DNA from: Nitrosopumilus sp.
GTDB taxonomy: Archaea > Thermoproteota > Nitrososphaeria > Nitrososphaerales > Nitrosopumilaceae
Assembly: GCA_965223425.1 (NCBI GenBank)
Contig: OZ245003.1
Coordinates: forward strand, 2,450,871-2,514,870
DNA: 64,000 bases
Direction: 5' to 3'
Shown here: positions 9,353 to 19,983 of the stretch, piece after piece
Layout of the letters: every line of letters begins with the position of its first letter
Position numbering within the stretch: the first letter of the stretch is position 1
Notes under the pieces: model-generated
Databases searched by the model: none
What the model saw: only the letters and a program-made list of their open reading frames with translations
What the model was told of the DNA's origin: nothing
Program-made: the position numbers and the translations under genes

Positions 9353-10098
9353 GATAATTCATAAACTTCAGGTTTTTCTTTTCCTGAATCTCGAATTTCT
9401 CGTATAGTGTCAAGGGATTTTGTGGCCAGTCTTACTGCTTCTCTAGCAGAGTGTCCATTACCAATTCCGCAATTCAAGGAAATTTTGTCATCATTCTTAA
9501 TCATGTTAATAAAATTCTGCACGGAGTTTTTTGCATCATCACTTGCAATCACCATAAAATTATCACCGCCCATAAAAAATGTAAGAGAGTTTTTTTCCAA
9601 GAAAAATTTTGACATTTTCGAATACAACTGGAAAATTATTGATGAAATCTCATAGGGAGAGCTAGTTTGGCTTCTTGAAGTAAGATTATCTACATCTAGA
9701 TGCATTATTGAAACATTTGAATCAGATTTTCCATTGACAAAACCAAAAATATTATGTTCTTTATCTAAGATGGTTTCATTTTTTTTCCCTTCATATGCCT
9801 TCAAGTTTGCCTCAAACGGGGAATTGCCATAGCCAATGGAAACAGTTAGACGTACATCAAATGACTTTTCAAGTGATTTTTGAATTTGAACGTGATCATC
9901 TAACTCAAGTCCATTTGATACAACAAAAAACTCATCTGCTCGATTCAGAAAAACCAGACAGTTTTTTTCTGAGAACAGCTTCTGTATTTCTTTGTAAAGA
10001 GATGCTTGAAGCATTTGAAGTTCATGTTCCCTATCGCTTCCCAATGTCAATGTCCAAGGACCATATCCAGTAATTTTCAAGATGCTAAGTTGAATCAT
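9346..10098 (-). CDS. gch3: GTP cyclohydrolase III (IIa)
   Basis: GYGPWTLTLGSDREHELQMLQASLY and FFMGGDNFM motifs. Confidence 0.9.
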   Translation of the reverse strand: MIQLSILKITGYGPWTLTLGSDREHELQMLQASLYKEIQKLFSEKNCLVFLNRADEFFVVSNGLELDDHVQIQKSLEKSFDVRLTVSIGYGNSPFEANLKAYEGKKNETILDKEHNIFGFVNGKSDSNVSIMHLDVDNLTSRSQTSSPYEISSIIFQLYSKMSKFFLEKNSLTFFMGGDNFMVIASDDAKNSVQNFINMIKNDDKISLNCGIGNGHSAREAVRLATKSLDTIREIRDSGKEKPEVYELSC

Positions 10099-10511
10099 TT
10101 TTGAACCCTCTGTAGCTCTTGGGAGATCTTCACTACTGCCTCGACTGCACGTTCTGCAACAGGTCTTATCCTAGCATAGGCGTGTCTTTCTTGCATGCCA
10201 GGACCGGATATTCCTAAAGAAACAGGCTTTTGATATTTTATTGACAGGTCAGTAAGGGACTTTGCTGCTGCATGGGAAATTACCTCATCGTGTTTTGTTT
10301 GCCCCTTGATTATTGCGCCCAAGGTGACCACACCGTCAACATTGTTTTTCCTCAATAACGTGTCAACAATAATGGGCATGTCAAACGCGCCAGGAACCTT
10401 GCACGTATATACTATTTTTAATTTCATCGAGTTTGCTTTTTCTTGGGCTACAGAAAACATCCTAGATGTCACTTTTTCATTGAATTCTGAAACTACTACT
10501 GCAATATTCAC
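10095..10511 (-). CDS. ribH: 6,7-dimethyl-8-ribityllumazine synthase
   Basis: VVSEFN, VPGAFDMP, LGAIIKGQTKHD, KPVSLGI. Confidence 0.93.
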   Translation of the reverse strand: MNIAVVVSEFNEKVTSRMFSVAQEKANSMKLKIVYTCKVPGAFDMPIIVDTLLRKNNVDGVVTLGAIIKGQTKHDEVISHAAAKSLTDLSIKYQKPVSLGISGPGMQERHAYARIRPVAERAVEAVVKISQELQRVQK

Positions 10512-10513
10512 AA

Positions 10514-11185
10514 CTAGTGCACCTTAGCGTATTCTAAAAGTTCTTTTCCATCAATTAATGGAATTCCGTTTTGTTTGGCAAATTTTTCTGCCTTGTCTAC
10601 AGATAATGCGGTATATGTTTGAGCATCCATCATCTCACAGATTGCAGTAATTGGAGTCAGTTCAGCAATTTGAGCTAGATAGACAGACATTTCAGTATGC
10701 CCTTGACGGGCAGCTAACAAGCCTTTGGATGCTATCAACAAGGGAACATGGCCCGGAGTTTTAAAAGATGATGCGAATTTTTTTTGTTTGTTTTCAACAT
10801 TATAGATATTTGCCATTTCTCTAATTGTCAATGCCCGATCGTTGTCCGTAATTCCAGTGTAAGTTTGGTAGTGATTTATGGATAATGAGAAAGTTGGATG
10901 GTCACCATAAGGTGCTAGACCCATTATCATCTCTTTATTTGAGATTGGAGAGTCTGAAAGAATCTCATGCATGTATCTTAGTTCAAGGGATGTCGCAAAG
11001 TTATGATCTATTGCCATGCATAATAATCCACCAGCATGTTGACGCATTCTTGCTATATGTTCAGGGGTAACAAATTCTGCAGCTACTACCATATCAATTT
11101 CATTTTCCCTACCGGCTGAATCAAACAGCAAAACAAATTCTCCACGTTTTAGAGATTGCAATGAGGATTCAAGGGACATGTACAA
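10514..11185 (-). CDS. ribB: 3,4-dihydroxy-2-butanone 4-phosphate synthase
   Basis: DSAGRENEIDM, TGITDNDRA, FKTPGHVP, RQGHTE, ICEMMD. Confidence 0.93.
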   Translation of the reverse strand: MYMSLESSLQSLKRGEFVLLFDSAGRENEIDMVVAAEFVTPEHIARMRQHAGGLLCMAIDHNFATSLELRYMHEILSDSPISNKEMIMGLAPYGDHPTFSLSINHYQTYTGITDNDRALTIREMANIYNVENKQKKFASSFKTPGHVPLLIASKGLLAARQGHTEMSVYLAQIAELTPITAICEMMDAQTYTALSVDKAEKFAKQNGIPLIDGKELLEYAKVH

Positions 11186-11258
11186 AAATTCTTTCTAATC
11201 TAATTATAAAGTTTACTAAAAAATTGGTAATTACCACTAAAATTGTAGATAGTTGGCC

Positions 11259-11843
11259 TTATTTTAGAATGTATTTTCCAAGAATATCAGTTTCAATATT
11301 AACTTTATCGCCTATCTTTTTGGTTTGAAAGTTTGTCACTTTGATAGTGTGAGGGATTAGTGAAACAGCCGCAAGAGTGCTTTTGATGCCAACAACTGTT
11401 AGGCTGATTCCGTCTACGGCAATAGAGCCTTTTTTCACTACGTACTTTGACAGTCTTTTAGGAACTTCAAACCAAACCTGAACTTCTTTGGGTTTTTTTT
11501 GAATTTTTTTGATAATTCCGACTCCATCTACATGACCTAAAACAAAATGTCCTTCTAGTCTGTCACCAGCTTTTAGACTTCGTTCAATATTTACAATTCC
11601 GCCAACTTTCAGGTTTCCAAGATCTGTTTTTTTAGTGGTTTCCTCAATCATTTCAAAGATACAATTAGACTTGGATAGCTTTGTGGCAGTAAGACAAACA
11701 CCATTGAGTGCAACGCTTTGACCAATCTTCAGTCCTTTTGCATGTTTGCCTAGATTTACGGTCATTTGGATGGCACTTCTGGTTTTGGTATTTTTAGAAA
11801 TTTTTTGCACTTTACCAATACCTTCAACGATTCCTGTAAACAT
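11259..11843 (-). CDS. ribE: Riboflavin synthase, bacterial-type alpha chain
   Basis: MFTGIVE N-terminus, NGVCLT, GHFVLGHVDG, KGSIAVDGISLTV, IPHT. Confidence 0.93.
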   Translation of the reverse strand: MFTGIVEGIGKVQKISKNTKTRSAIQMTVNLGKHAKGLKIGQSVALNGVCLTATKLSKSNCIFEMIEETTKKTDLGNLKVGGIVNIERSLKAGDRLEGHFVLGHVDGVGIIKKIQKKPKEVQVWFEVPKRLSKYVVKKGSIAVDGISLTVVGIKSTLAAVSLIPHTIKVTNFQTKKIGDKVNIETDILGKYILK

Positions 11844-11972
11844 TAAAAATCAGTACTAATTCTTTGTATAAAATTATTTAGATGTATGGTTCGTATGAGT
11901 TTAGGCGGTTAATCAGATAGACAAATTATTCTGATCATTGGATCTAAAATCCGCAAATCGTGACCTTCTTCA

Positions 11973-12687
11973 TTGAACTCTGAAGTCAAGGCCCTTCGTG
12001 ATGAAATAGCAAGACTGATTGCAAATGACAAAAAAAGACAAAAGGGCAACGACGAACTAGCTCAGACAATTGACAAACAGCATCTAGAAATTTCAGATTT
12101 GAGAAAAAGGCTGACATACTATGAAAATCCGCATACTCCGCCATCCATGCGCTCTCTGGAATACAAGAGACAAAAAAAGGAACAAAGGGAGATGAAAAAG
12201 AACAATAATAATATGATGGCCCCGCAGGAGGCCAAAAGCGCGGACGGAAGCAGGGACATGTCGGCGCATCACACAGCAGAAAAGCAGATCACAGTGTGGA
12301 AAAAAAGATCACAAAGTGCAAGTGCGGTTCTACAAACCTAAAATTTGAAAAGATGCACCAAAAACTAGTAACTGACTCGCAGCCAGCACAGATCATCACA
12401 GAAAATCAGACCTACTTTAGATCCCGCTGCAGTGACTGCAGTCATGTCACGATGCCAGACCCATCAAAGATACAGAGCTTGGCCCGCACCTGCTCTCAGA
12501 GATTGCAATTCTATGGAACGCAAAGGTGAGCATTAATGGAATTACAAACATAATCAACACCAGATACGGTACGCAGTTTTGTCCTGCAACCATCCAGCAC
12601 GGACTGGATGCAATATCTTCCAAGCTGGATTCCCAGTACAGTGAGATACAGGCAAGCGTGCAGGACAACGACGTTGCAAAGAACATT
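11973..12687 (+). pseudogene. Degenerate IS66-family transposase, frameshifted and truncated by an IS5
   Basis: Coiled coil followed by YYENPHTPPS, Zn ribbon (KCKCG..RCSDC) and an HTH-like segment, spread over three frames. Confidence 0.65.
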
Positions 12688-13908
12688 GTAGCTTGTTGCA
12701 TAACACGCCTAAAATCCACCACGCAGTTTAAGCTGACCAACAAATACACATGTTTCTGACCGAAAAAGCTTTAGATCATGACAGCATGCTCCAAGTGTTG
12801 ACCGATAATGCAAAGTACGTACGGCGTGGTGCAGAGCTGGTAGTGCAGTACAACCCTGACTGGAGCTGCGAGGTAGGGCAGGCCAACTGCGGCAAGGAGG
12901 GGGCCCCGTTCCAGTATGCAGACACCATGATCACATGACAGCCGCACTGAGAGCCGCCCTCGGCGTTCCATTCAGGCAGCTGTCCGGGATGGCAGACAAG
13001 ATGCTTGAGGGACACGACTCGCCGCACCATACCACGCTGTGCAGAAGAATGGAGAAATTTGACATTAACATTCACGGCAACACCATATACGTTCATGATA
13101 CATCCCGGCACGTAACCCTGGTGGCCGATGCCACCGGACTCAAACAGTGGAACCGCGGAGAATGGATACGCGACAAGTGGAAGGCGGTGGTGCGCAGGGG
13201 ATACATCAAGATGCACCTGCTGGCAGATGCGGACACCGGCATGATGCTGGCTGCCGTAGTCACAGACGGCAGAACCGGCGACTCGCCGGTACTGCGGGAT
13301 CTGCCGGATCAGGCAGCAGCCGAACCGTTTGCCAAGGCCGGGAAGGACAATACGAGAAGGAGGCCAAACATGCTTGCAGACGGAGTCTCTCCGCTTGCCG
13401 GTTCGGCAGGCGGCAAAGAAGAAGAAGAAGAAGAAGAAGAAGTGCCAAGTGCCAGCCTGCTTGCAGACTGCGCGTACGCCTCCAAGGAAAACATGAATGC
13501 GTGCAGGAGGAAGGGCATCGAGCCGCTTGTGCCCCTCAAGCCATGCCTTGCTGAGAGCGGCAGGGGCGATGACGGCAAGGCGTGGAACCGGGCCGTGAAA
13601 GAGCAGCTGGGAGGCAGCGCAGGCATGCACGTCAAGGGACGGACGGCGGAACAGAAAAAGGAGAACAGAAGATACTGGAAGTCGACTGTAGGGTACGGCA
13701 AAAGGTGGAGAATAGGGGCAATCATCTCCGCATTCAAGCGGATGTTCGGAGAGCATCTGCTCTCACGCAAATGGGAGAGCATGGTAAGAGAGGTAAGGGT
13801 GAGGATTGCCATGTACAACAGGTGGGTGGCAGCAGCAATGTAGGGGAGCAGGTGCATGGATCCTAGGACGAACGGAATGTGGTCATGCCGAGTTATGCAA
13901 CACACTAC
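12688..13908 (+). mobile_element. IS5-family element with frameshifted transposase
   Basis: Imperfect terminal IRs GTAGcTTGTTGCATAAC / GTTATGCAACAcaCTAC; no target duplication visible. Confidence 0.8.
12783..13843 (+). pseudogene. IS5-family DDE transposase split by a frameshift near 12935
   Basis: YVRRG...GKEGAPFQY in one frame; PHHTTLCRR, ADATGLK..RGEW, LLADCAY, Y.KRWRI..FKRMFGE in the next; (GAA)8 poly-Glu tract. Confidence 0.8.
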
Positions 13909-14273
13909 AGGGCACCACTGAAATAGTTGTAATTGACAACATGGAGGTCATAGACGGCCACAGTTCGTCTTGGGCATCTGACTTTGTAACAAGAAAGATT
14001 GGCAGGTTTGCCCATCTAGACGTAAAGTGCATGTATCAAAACAAGGACTTGTGCAAGAAATACTCCAAGATTCTGGCAGAGAACATCATATCTGAGGTGT
14101 GCGAGATGTCCGAAGGGTATAACGACGCGTATCCAATAGCGATATTAGGCGGTGGTCTTTTGATTCCGGGTGCAAGTGACGAGCTGCTGTCAGGCCTGAA
14201 AAAATTCAAGGTGCTGATTCCAGATGATCCCGTAATGAGCAACGCAAAAGGCCTCTACAAACTCGTAAGGTAA
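13909..14273 (+). pseudogene. C-terminal fragment of a ParM/StbA-like actin-fold ATPase
   Basis: GTTEIVVI (end of phosphate-2 motif), AILGGGLL, DDPVMSNAKGLYK; 5' part replaced by the IS5. Confidence 0.65.
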
Positions 14274-15365
14274 TTATCTCTTCCTTGGAAAGTTTTCCAA
14301 CACCGCATAGCCGTATTCATTGGCATTAGAATAGTGCCTGTATATGTCACGATCATCATATTTTAGATCATCAAGGGATTTTTCCAGTTTTGGGATTTTT
14401 TTCTTGTGTGCGGCATTGCGGGTGATCAGCTTGTCTATGTAGATCTTTGGAGGTAGGCTTCCCAATTTTTCACAGTTGCATCCCTGACATGCAAGCACGA
14501 GGTTCCACAGGTTTGTGTCTGCTATGTAATCAAACGGTATCACATGATCAACATGGGTCTTTCTTCCGGGTTTCAGATCTAGGCCACAATAAAAACAGTT
14601 TATCTCAAACGGCGTTAGACACTTTTTGAATTTGTTTTGATCCCGCGGGCCTTTGTCCATTCCTTCTATCTTTTTTACCAAATTGGGAATTCCAGAGTTG
14701 CGGCGTTCAAGAAAGCGTATCCATTCGAGTATCACCGACAGGTATAGGGCGGAAAAATTGTTTCTAAAAAAGCGCAGGGCATCCTTGTTTAGCAATATCC
14801 CTCCCTTGGGATCGGTTTTTGCGTTTCCCGATGCATCGTTATAACGAATGGCAAAATAATCATAAAATAACTTTTTTTCAGAGCCGCCAATCTGTTGAAA
14901 TCTGTGAATTACATCCTTTCTGCATATCTTTGTGATCTCTTCTATGCAGTTTTTGATCTTGTCCGGATTTTTTTTGCACATATCATCAAATTTTACAGGA
15001 TAGGCGTCGTCTGGGAATTCCTTGCGAATTTTTGATATTATTCTTGGTGGTTGGTTTCTGGGACCTTGTCGTAATCGTGATTTGCATTCTTGCAGCCAGT
15101 AATACTTGAAAAAACACTTTGCAATGTCAGGATATGGGACTTGATTTGACTCATAATCTGATATGCTGTATTCCAAAAGAAATCTGGCCAGTGCGAATTT
15201 GTAGGTGTTGTTTTTGCCCTTTTTGTCTTTTAGGATTGCGATAAATGTCTTGAGAAATTCAGAATGAGAATATTTTCTAAACTGCATCCGGTGTTTTTTG
15301 TGGGCGTGAGAAATTATGTCTTTCTGCCGTGTTTGGTGCCTTTTATTGAAAAAAATCCTTTCCAT
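14274..15365 (-). CDS. HNH endonuclease
   Basis: NTYKFALARFL N-domain; CFYCG...HVDHVIPF...NLWNLVLACQGCN.EK HNH motif. Confidence 0.85.
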   Translation of the reverse strand: MERIFFNKRHQTRQKDIISHAHKKHRMQFRKYSHSEFLKTFIAILKDKKGKNNTYKFALARFLLEYSISDYESNQVPYPDIAKCFFKYYWLQECKSRLRQGPRNQPPRIISKIRKEFPDDAYPVKFDDMCKKNPDKIKNCIEEITKICRKDVIHRFQQIGGSEKKLFYDYFAIRYNDASGNAKTDPKGGILLNKDALRFFRNNFSALYLSVILEWIRFLERRNSGIPNLVKKIEGMDKGPRDQNKFKKCLTPFEINCFYCGLDLKPGRKTHVDHVIPFDYIADTNLWNLVLACQGCNCEKLGSLPPKIYIDKLITRNAAHKKKIPKLEKSLDDLKYDDRDIYRHYSNANEYGYAVLENFPRKR

Positions 15366-15382
15366 ACATTGGGTTCAAAACG

Positions 15383-15601
15383 ATGGCGGCTTGCAAAACG
15401 AAAAAGCAAAAAGGCCAGCTGGACAAGGCAAAAAAATTCCTTCCGGCAGCAGAGCAGCTGTCGGCCTGCTCTGTAATAGTCCTGATTACCATGGACAAAA
15501 AAGAGGCAATAGCCTCGGCAGGAGGTCTGGTCAGCGCCGGAATACGAAGCTTTGAGATATGGTGGGACAGTGCAGAAAAAAGCCTCCAGTTTGTTCTGTA
15601 G
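15383..15601 (+). pseudogene. Unknown ORF truncated by an IS630 end
   Basis: 72-aa ORF whose stop codon is supplied by the IS630 terminus (GTAG). Confidence 0.3.
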
Positions 15602-15765
15602 TTAGCACATTAAATAATTGAACATTTTCACAGGCAGGATCTTCTTTCTGGCAAACAGCGTGCATACTGACTGCTCCATCTCATCTAGCGTGCCAAACAC
15701 CTTTGCAGACAGTACCCGTTTTATCACCCTCCACTGCATCTCAATGGGATTAAGCTCCGGCGTGT
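15598..15765 (-). mobile_element. 3' fragment of IS630, near-identical to the copy at 20261-21404, inverted
   Basis: TPELNPIEMQWRVIKRVLSAK...NYLMC and terminal GTAGTTAGCACAT; cut exactly at the ISH3 end. Confidence 0.88.
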
Positions 15766-16801
15766 CAGTAGTTCCCAGATGTAGATTTACCGCAACCGCA
15801 ACTGGCATCGGTTCTACTTGCCTCGATCATTGACAAACAACTCGTTTCTGCTTGTAATGTACACGATAAACAACGCCATGGTGAGTTTTTTTCCCGCAGA
15901 AGACACTCTTCCATGCCTCTTTCCCGCATCAAGGCAGAACCTGGCAATCCTCCACAGGTTGTACAGCAGCAGCGGCAGGTAAAACATCAGCAGCCTCACA
16001 GAACGATGATGTAAAAGCAGCTTATGAAGAAAGAGGAGAGCAGCAGCGGCAGGTAAAACATCAGCAGCCTCACAGACAGGGAGTTGCTGCATGTCCTGCC
16101 CATGATCTCCTTTATGACGCGAAACCCCGTCTCGATGCCCCATCTTGCGGTACTGCTCCGGTATGATGCCTGTCATGGCTCTGGCGCTCCTGATGGGAAT
16201 GTTTGTTGCAAACGCAATGTATTGCTCCTCCTCCTCTTCCCCCTCCCCCTTTTTCTTCTTCTTCCTGTCTCTTTTGACAATTACAAGGTTGTAGGTCACA
16301 GTTACGCCGTCTTTGTTGGTCATTGACTGCTGCGATACCTGGCTTGCCTTTCCGTCCTTGTACATCTTGACTATCCTCTTGATCTTGGAGTTCATGATGA
16401 CAGGCATAATGTAGCGGCACCCGCCCTTTCCTGCCTCTGTCATGCAGTCAGCGCTGTAAAAGGCGCGGTCGTACAGGAACACAGTCTTTGAGTGTGCGCC
16501 CCCCCCTCTGAGGATTTTCGTGCGTGTTTTGGCTATAAAATCGGCCAGTTTTTCCTTTGCCGGCAGCAGCTGCGATTCCAGGACAATCTGCGAGGAGTCC
16601 CTGCCGACTCCGTGCACTGCGACATACGAGAGAAACGTGGATGTTCCTGCCCTTGGACGCGACTTTCTTGTATGCTCCTGCAGCTGCTCCCCATGGTATG
16701 GTATGTCCGTAACGTCTATTGCAATGGCGTCGATGTCCTGCAGCATTCCTGTATGGCGGGCGTGCCGCACCGTGCGTGCTAATGTCTTTGCACACCAGGC
16801 C

Positions 16802-17876
16802 GGGGTTGTTGCCAAATTCACCCCCATGATCTAATTTTGTGATTTTGTACACATATTGATCAGAGAGGATGTGAGTTCTCTAATGAGTGATCATAAGAGA
16901 CGTGATCAGTACTGGAAGTACTATCACGAGGCCCACACCCAAGAACTGGATTTTCTCACGTCCCATATAGTTTCTTTGATTGTGAAAAATCCGTGTCCTG
17001 TCCGGGACAGACAGTCCGGTCCTGGACGCAACCGGGTTCACAGCAGGAACAAGCTGGCATGCATCTGCATACTCATGGTATGTCTAAACTACACATACCG
17101 GGATATGGAGAACCTTGTATCCAAGCTTAAGCTGCCGTGGGACGAACCCGTACCTGATCACACTACTGTCTCCAAGTTCATGCAAAAGATTCCTGTTGCA
17201 TGGCTTGAAGATATCATTGCCTGCACGGCAGCATCGTGCCTTGCAGGATTTGATGCCTCTGATCTCACGCTGGCATCAGACAGCAGCGGCGTTGCCACTG
17301 ACAGGTATGAAAGAGTGCAAAAAAAAGGCCAGAAACAGGCACAACAGGAGGCAAAGCGTCAAAAGAAATACCTGAAATGGCACGTGGCCTCGGTACTGGG
17401 CCTGCAGGTCATACTCTCCTGCCGCATCACATCCAACAAGATGGCAGATACTACCGTCTTTGCCTCGCTGCTAAAGAAGATCAAAAAGACAGGCATTGCC
17501 TTTGCAGGCAGGTTCAATGCAGACAGGGGGTATGATTCTGATAGGAACTGCAAGCTTGTCTTTGGTGCCGGCATGACCCCGAACATAAAGCAGAGGGGCA
17601 ATGCCGTGAACAGATCAAAAAAGTTCAGGAAAAAGGCCGCAGGACTGTTTGACGTGGAGATCTACAAGAAACGAGGCATGATAGAGGGAATATTTGGAGC
17701 AGAGGAGACAGAAGGTCACCGGTTGCTGTGCAGGTTCAGAAAGACATCCACAAGAAGGCGGTTTGGACTGTGCAAGACAATAGGATGGAACCTTGAGGTG
17801 TTAAACCGTTTGGAGTGTGCAGCAAGGCAGAATATTGTGGTGGTGGCAGCTTAGATGTGAATTTGGCAACAACCCC
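16802..17876 (+). mobile_element. Complete IS5-family element nested in the ISH3 transposase
   Basis: Perfect 20-bp IR GGGGTTGTTGCCAAATTCAC; 9-bp target duplication CACCAGGCC (16793-16801 and 17877-17885). Confidence 0.92.
16856..17854 (+). CDS. IS5-family DDE transposase, apparently intact
   Basis: PDHTTVS, ASDSSG, KWH, ADRGYDS, YKKRGMIEGIFG motifs. Confidence 0.88.
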   Translation: MIREDVSSLMSDHKRRDQYWKYYHEAHTQELDFLTSHIVSLIVKNPCPVRDRQSGPGRNRVHSRNKLACICILMVCLNYTYRDMENLVSKLKLPWDEPVPDHTTVSKFMQKIPVAWLEDIIACTAASCLAGFDASDLTLASDSSGVATDRYERVQKKGQKQAQQEAKRQKKYLKWHVASVLGLQVILSCRITSNKMADTTVFASLLKKIKKTGIAFAGRFNADRGYDSDRNCKLVFGAGMTPNIKQRGNAVNRSKKFRKKAAGLFDVEIYKKRGMIEGIFGAEETEGHRLLCRFRKTSTRRRFGLCKTIGWNLEVLNRLECAARQNIVVVAA

Positions 17877-18290
17877 CACCAGGCCTGCACGTCTGCCGGT
17901 TTGACGCCACGGACTGCAGACATGACCAGGTCTGCATCAGGCGTACGTGCACCCGTGTCTTGAAGCCTGTTGTGCCGTACGGGGGATTCTACAAACGTGT
18001 TTCTCTCAGACGCCCTGATTGGCACGTCCAGTATGTCGCCGCATCCGTATACGGCGTTGTGCCTCTCAGACATTGGCATGCCAAGCTTTTGAAACGACGA
18101 GCGCAAGATTTTAAACCGGTTTGATGTCATGTCGTACTGGCGTGCGATCAGTTCGTCTTGTAATTCGACTTTCATGACATATTGCACGCCGTAGCCTAAT
18201 CTGGATCTTTGCATTGCAGTTATGCGGTAACGCACCGGCATCTGGGCATAAACCTACATCTAGGCACAAATCTACATCTGGGAACTACTG

Positions 18291-18745
18291 ATGTAGCTGA
18301 TGAAGATTATGAAGGCTTGCAAGCATTTAGAGAATCCGTCAAAGAAGGTAAGCAGGGAAGTGAAGATGTGGCAGAATTGTTAGGAGTTCAGTTTGCATCG
18401 GCAGAAGATGTTTGTGGAGGTTCGGGTTCAAACCCACATCCTCAACCACCTAACACCACATCTGGTACCTGGTCAACTAAAACGGCTGCAATAAATGCAC
18501 TTCCAAGCAGTTACCATCTGGGTCCTTTCTATGCATCACACAATTATGGAGACGACTATCATGATCCAAGAACTCTCTATAATTGTACAACCGACTCATT
18601 CCGTTACCAGTCAATAGTGTATGAAGAAGAAGAAGTCTGGAAACACAGTGAGCATCACTCTCCCGGTGAACCTAATCCGGAAGTTCTGGCATACACTTGG
18701 CCTGTTTGGTGGTGGGGTGGATATGTTTATGATTGGCACTTCTAG
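18291..18745 (+). pseudogene. 5'-truncated hypothetical protein with aromatic-rich C-terminus
   Basis: Host-like GC ORF starting at the ISH3 end and finishing EPNPEVLAYTWPVWWWGGYVYDWHF. Confidence 0.5.
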
Positions 18746-18761
18746 TCATCATAATCCAAAA

Positions 18762-18998
18762 ATGATTTTTTATATGCTATTATCCACCGTGGTTTTTTTA
18801 ACCGTCGGATTCGTTCTTTTTGGAGGTTATCATGCGATTATGGACCCTATAAGGGGGCTTTCCCTCAATATTGTAATTACAGGTTTGATTTTTTTGTATC
18901 TTAGTTTACTGGCACTACTTCCTTTTTCTTGGAAAAGAATGAAGGATGGTATGAATGACAAAACCCGTGAGCAGGATAGTCAAAGGAACGGTCAATGA
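18762..18998 (+). CDS. Small two-TM membrane protein
   Basis: ATG 17 nt after the previous stop; two hydrophobic segments; overlaps the convergent regulator gene. Confidence 0.5.
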   Translation: MIFYMLLSTVVFLTVGFVLFGGYHAIMDPIRGLSLNIVITGLIFLYLSLLALLPFSWKRMKDGMNDKTREQDSQRNGQ

Positions 18999-19454
18999 GT
19001 TCATTTCAGATGTTCTAATGCTTAAAAATTCATAATAAAATGACGCGAAACTGATGGAGGCTATTATGGCACTGAATCTAACTGTGCCTCTAAAAATTCT
19101 TCTTAGATGATTTTGTTTGGTCTGCTCATTTGGTTTGTTAAGAGTTATAAACACATTTGGAATCATTTTAAAATATTTATGATCATTACCTTTCCTTACA
19201 ATTTTTTTATTTGTTATTTGCAACAAGCCTAACGCCCTTAGTTTCTTGAGATGATGTATCACCAAACTAACCCTCATGTCAAGTCTGTTGGCAATTTCAT
19301 TTATGTACATCTCATCATAGACTAGCAGTTTTATAATGTCGCGGCTGGATTGGTTACTTAGTAATTCCCCAAGCATCTTTAATTTTTCGTCTTCTGAAGA
19401 GAATACTTTGATGGTGTCAAAATCATCTAGATCATTTTCTTTATCTTCTCCCAT
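18915..19454 (-). CDS. Membrane-anchored ArsR-type wHTH regulator
   Basis: GELLSNQSSRDIIKLL..EMYINEIANRLDMRVSLVIHHLKKL..LGLL plus two C-terminal hydrophobic helices. Confidence 0.8.
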   Translation of the reverse strand: MGEDKENDLDDFDTIKVFSSEDEKLKMLGELLSNQSSRDIIKLLVYDEMYINEIANRLDMRVSLVIHHLKKLRALGLLQITNKKIVRKGNDHKYFKMIPNVFITLNKPNEQTKQNHLRRIFRGTVRFSAIIASISFASFYYEFLSIRTSEMNSLTVPLTILLTGFVIHTILHSFPRKRK

Positions 19455-19501
19455 CGCGACGACAAGTGAATTTGAAAGCTAATTAAATTTTTTGTAAAAC
19501 G

Positions 19502-19983
19502 GGTTCTGTGAAGTTGTCGGTACATGACCAAAATCACTACTGGTATTGGCTTAATGAGGCGTTTTGAATCAAAGTCTTCCATTTGTTATTTCCATCAATG
19601 AGAATGTCTGCCTTTTCTGCTGGTGTCTTTTTGTCAATTCCACCATGTTTCTTTGAAAAATTATAGTATGCCTGAAAGCCATCAAAGAGTGGACTGTCCA
19701 TTTTTTTAATTCCTCTATATGCCACTTCCCTATCCCTGATTGTACCGTTCAGCCTTTCCATTCTGTTGTTGTTCTTGTCGCCTTTCATGTGGATGTGTCT
19801 AATGTGTTCGGTTTCTTTCCAAAGCGGATTCTTTGCCTTGTAATTATCCTTCCAAGCTTGATGAAAGTTAGCTGCACCATCAGAAATTAGAGTAGCTGGT
19901 ATCTTGTCTGTAATCATCATGGCTTCCCTGAACATCGGATTGACATTTTCCGTACCTTTTGTCTTTGCCACAAAAAACCAGTT
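19502..19983 (-). pseudogene. 3' fragment of an IS6-like DDE transposase with terminal IR
   Basis: LISDGA, NNNRMERLNGTIRDRE, YYNF.KKH, TPAE; GGTTCTGTGAAGTT at 19502 resembles IS6-family ends. Confidence 0.7.

Larger units (their letters stand above)
15766..18290 (-). mobile_element. ISH3-family (IS4-like) element, inactivated, carrying a nested IS5
   Basis: Perfect IR CAGTAGTTCCCAGATGTAGATTT at both ends; transposase motifs AIDVTDIPYHG, LYDRAFY, FATN; frameshift near 16140; 38-bp internal duplication 15965-16002/16039-16076. Confidence 0.85.

Noticed and set aside
12920-12945. Programmed frameshift in the IS5 transposase
   Set aside because: No slippery run at the junction; a single-base loss or sequencing error is simpler
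14274-15365. Cas9/IscB-type RNA-guided nuclease
   Set aside because: HNH only; no RuvC segments, no PLMP start, no adjacent structured RNA or array seen
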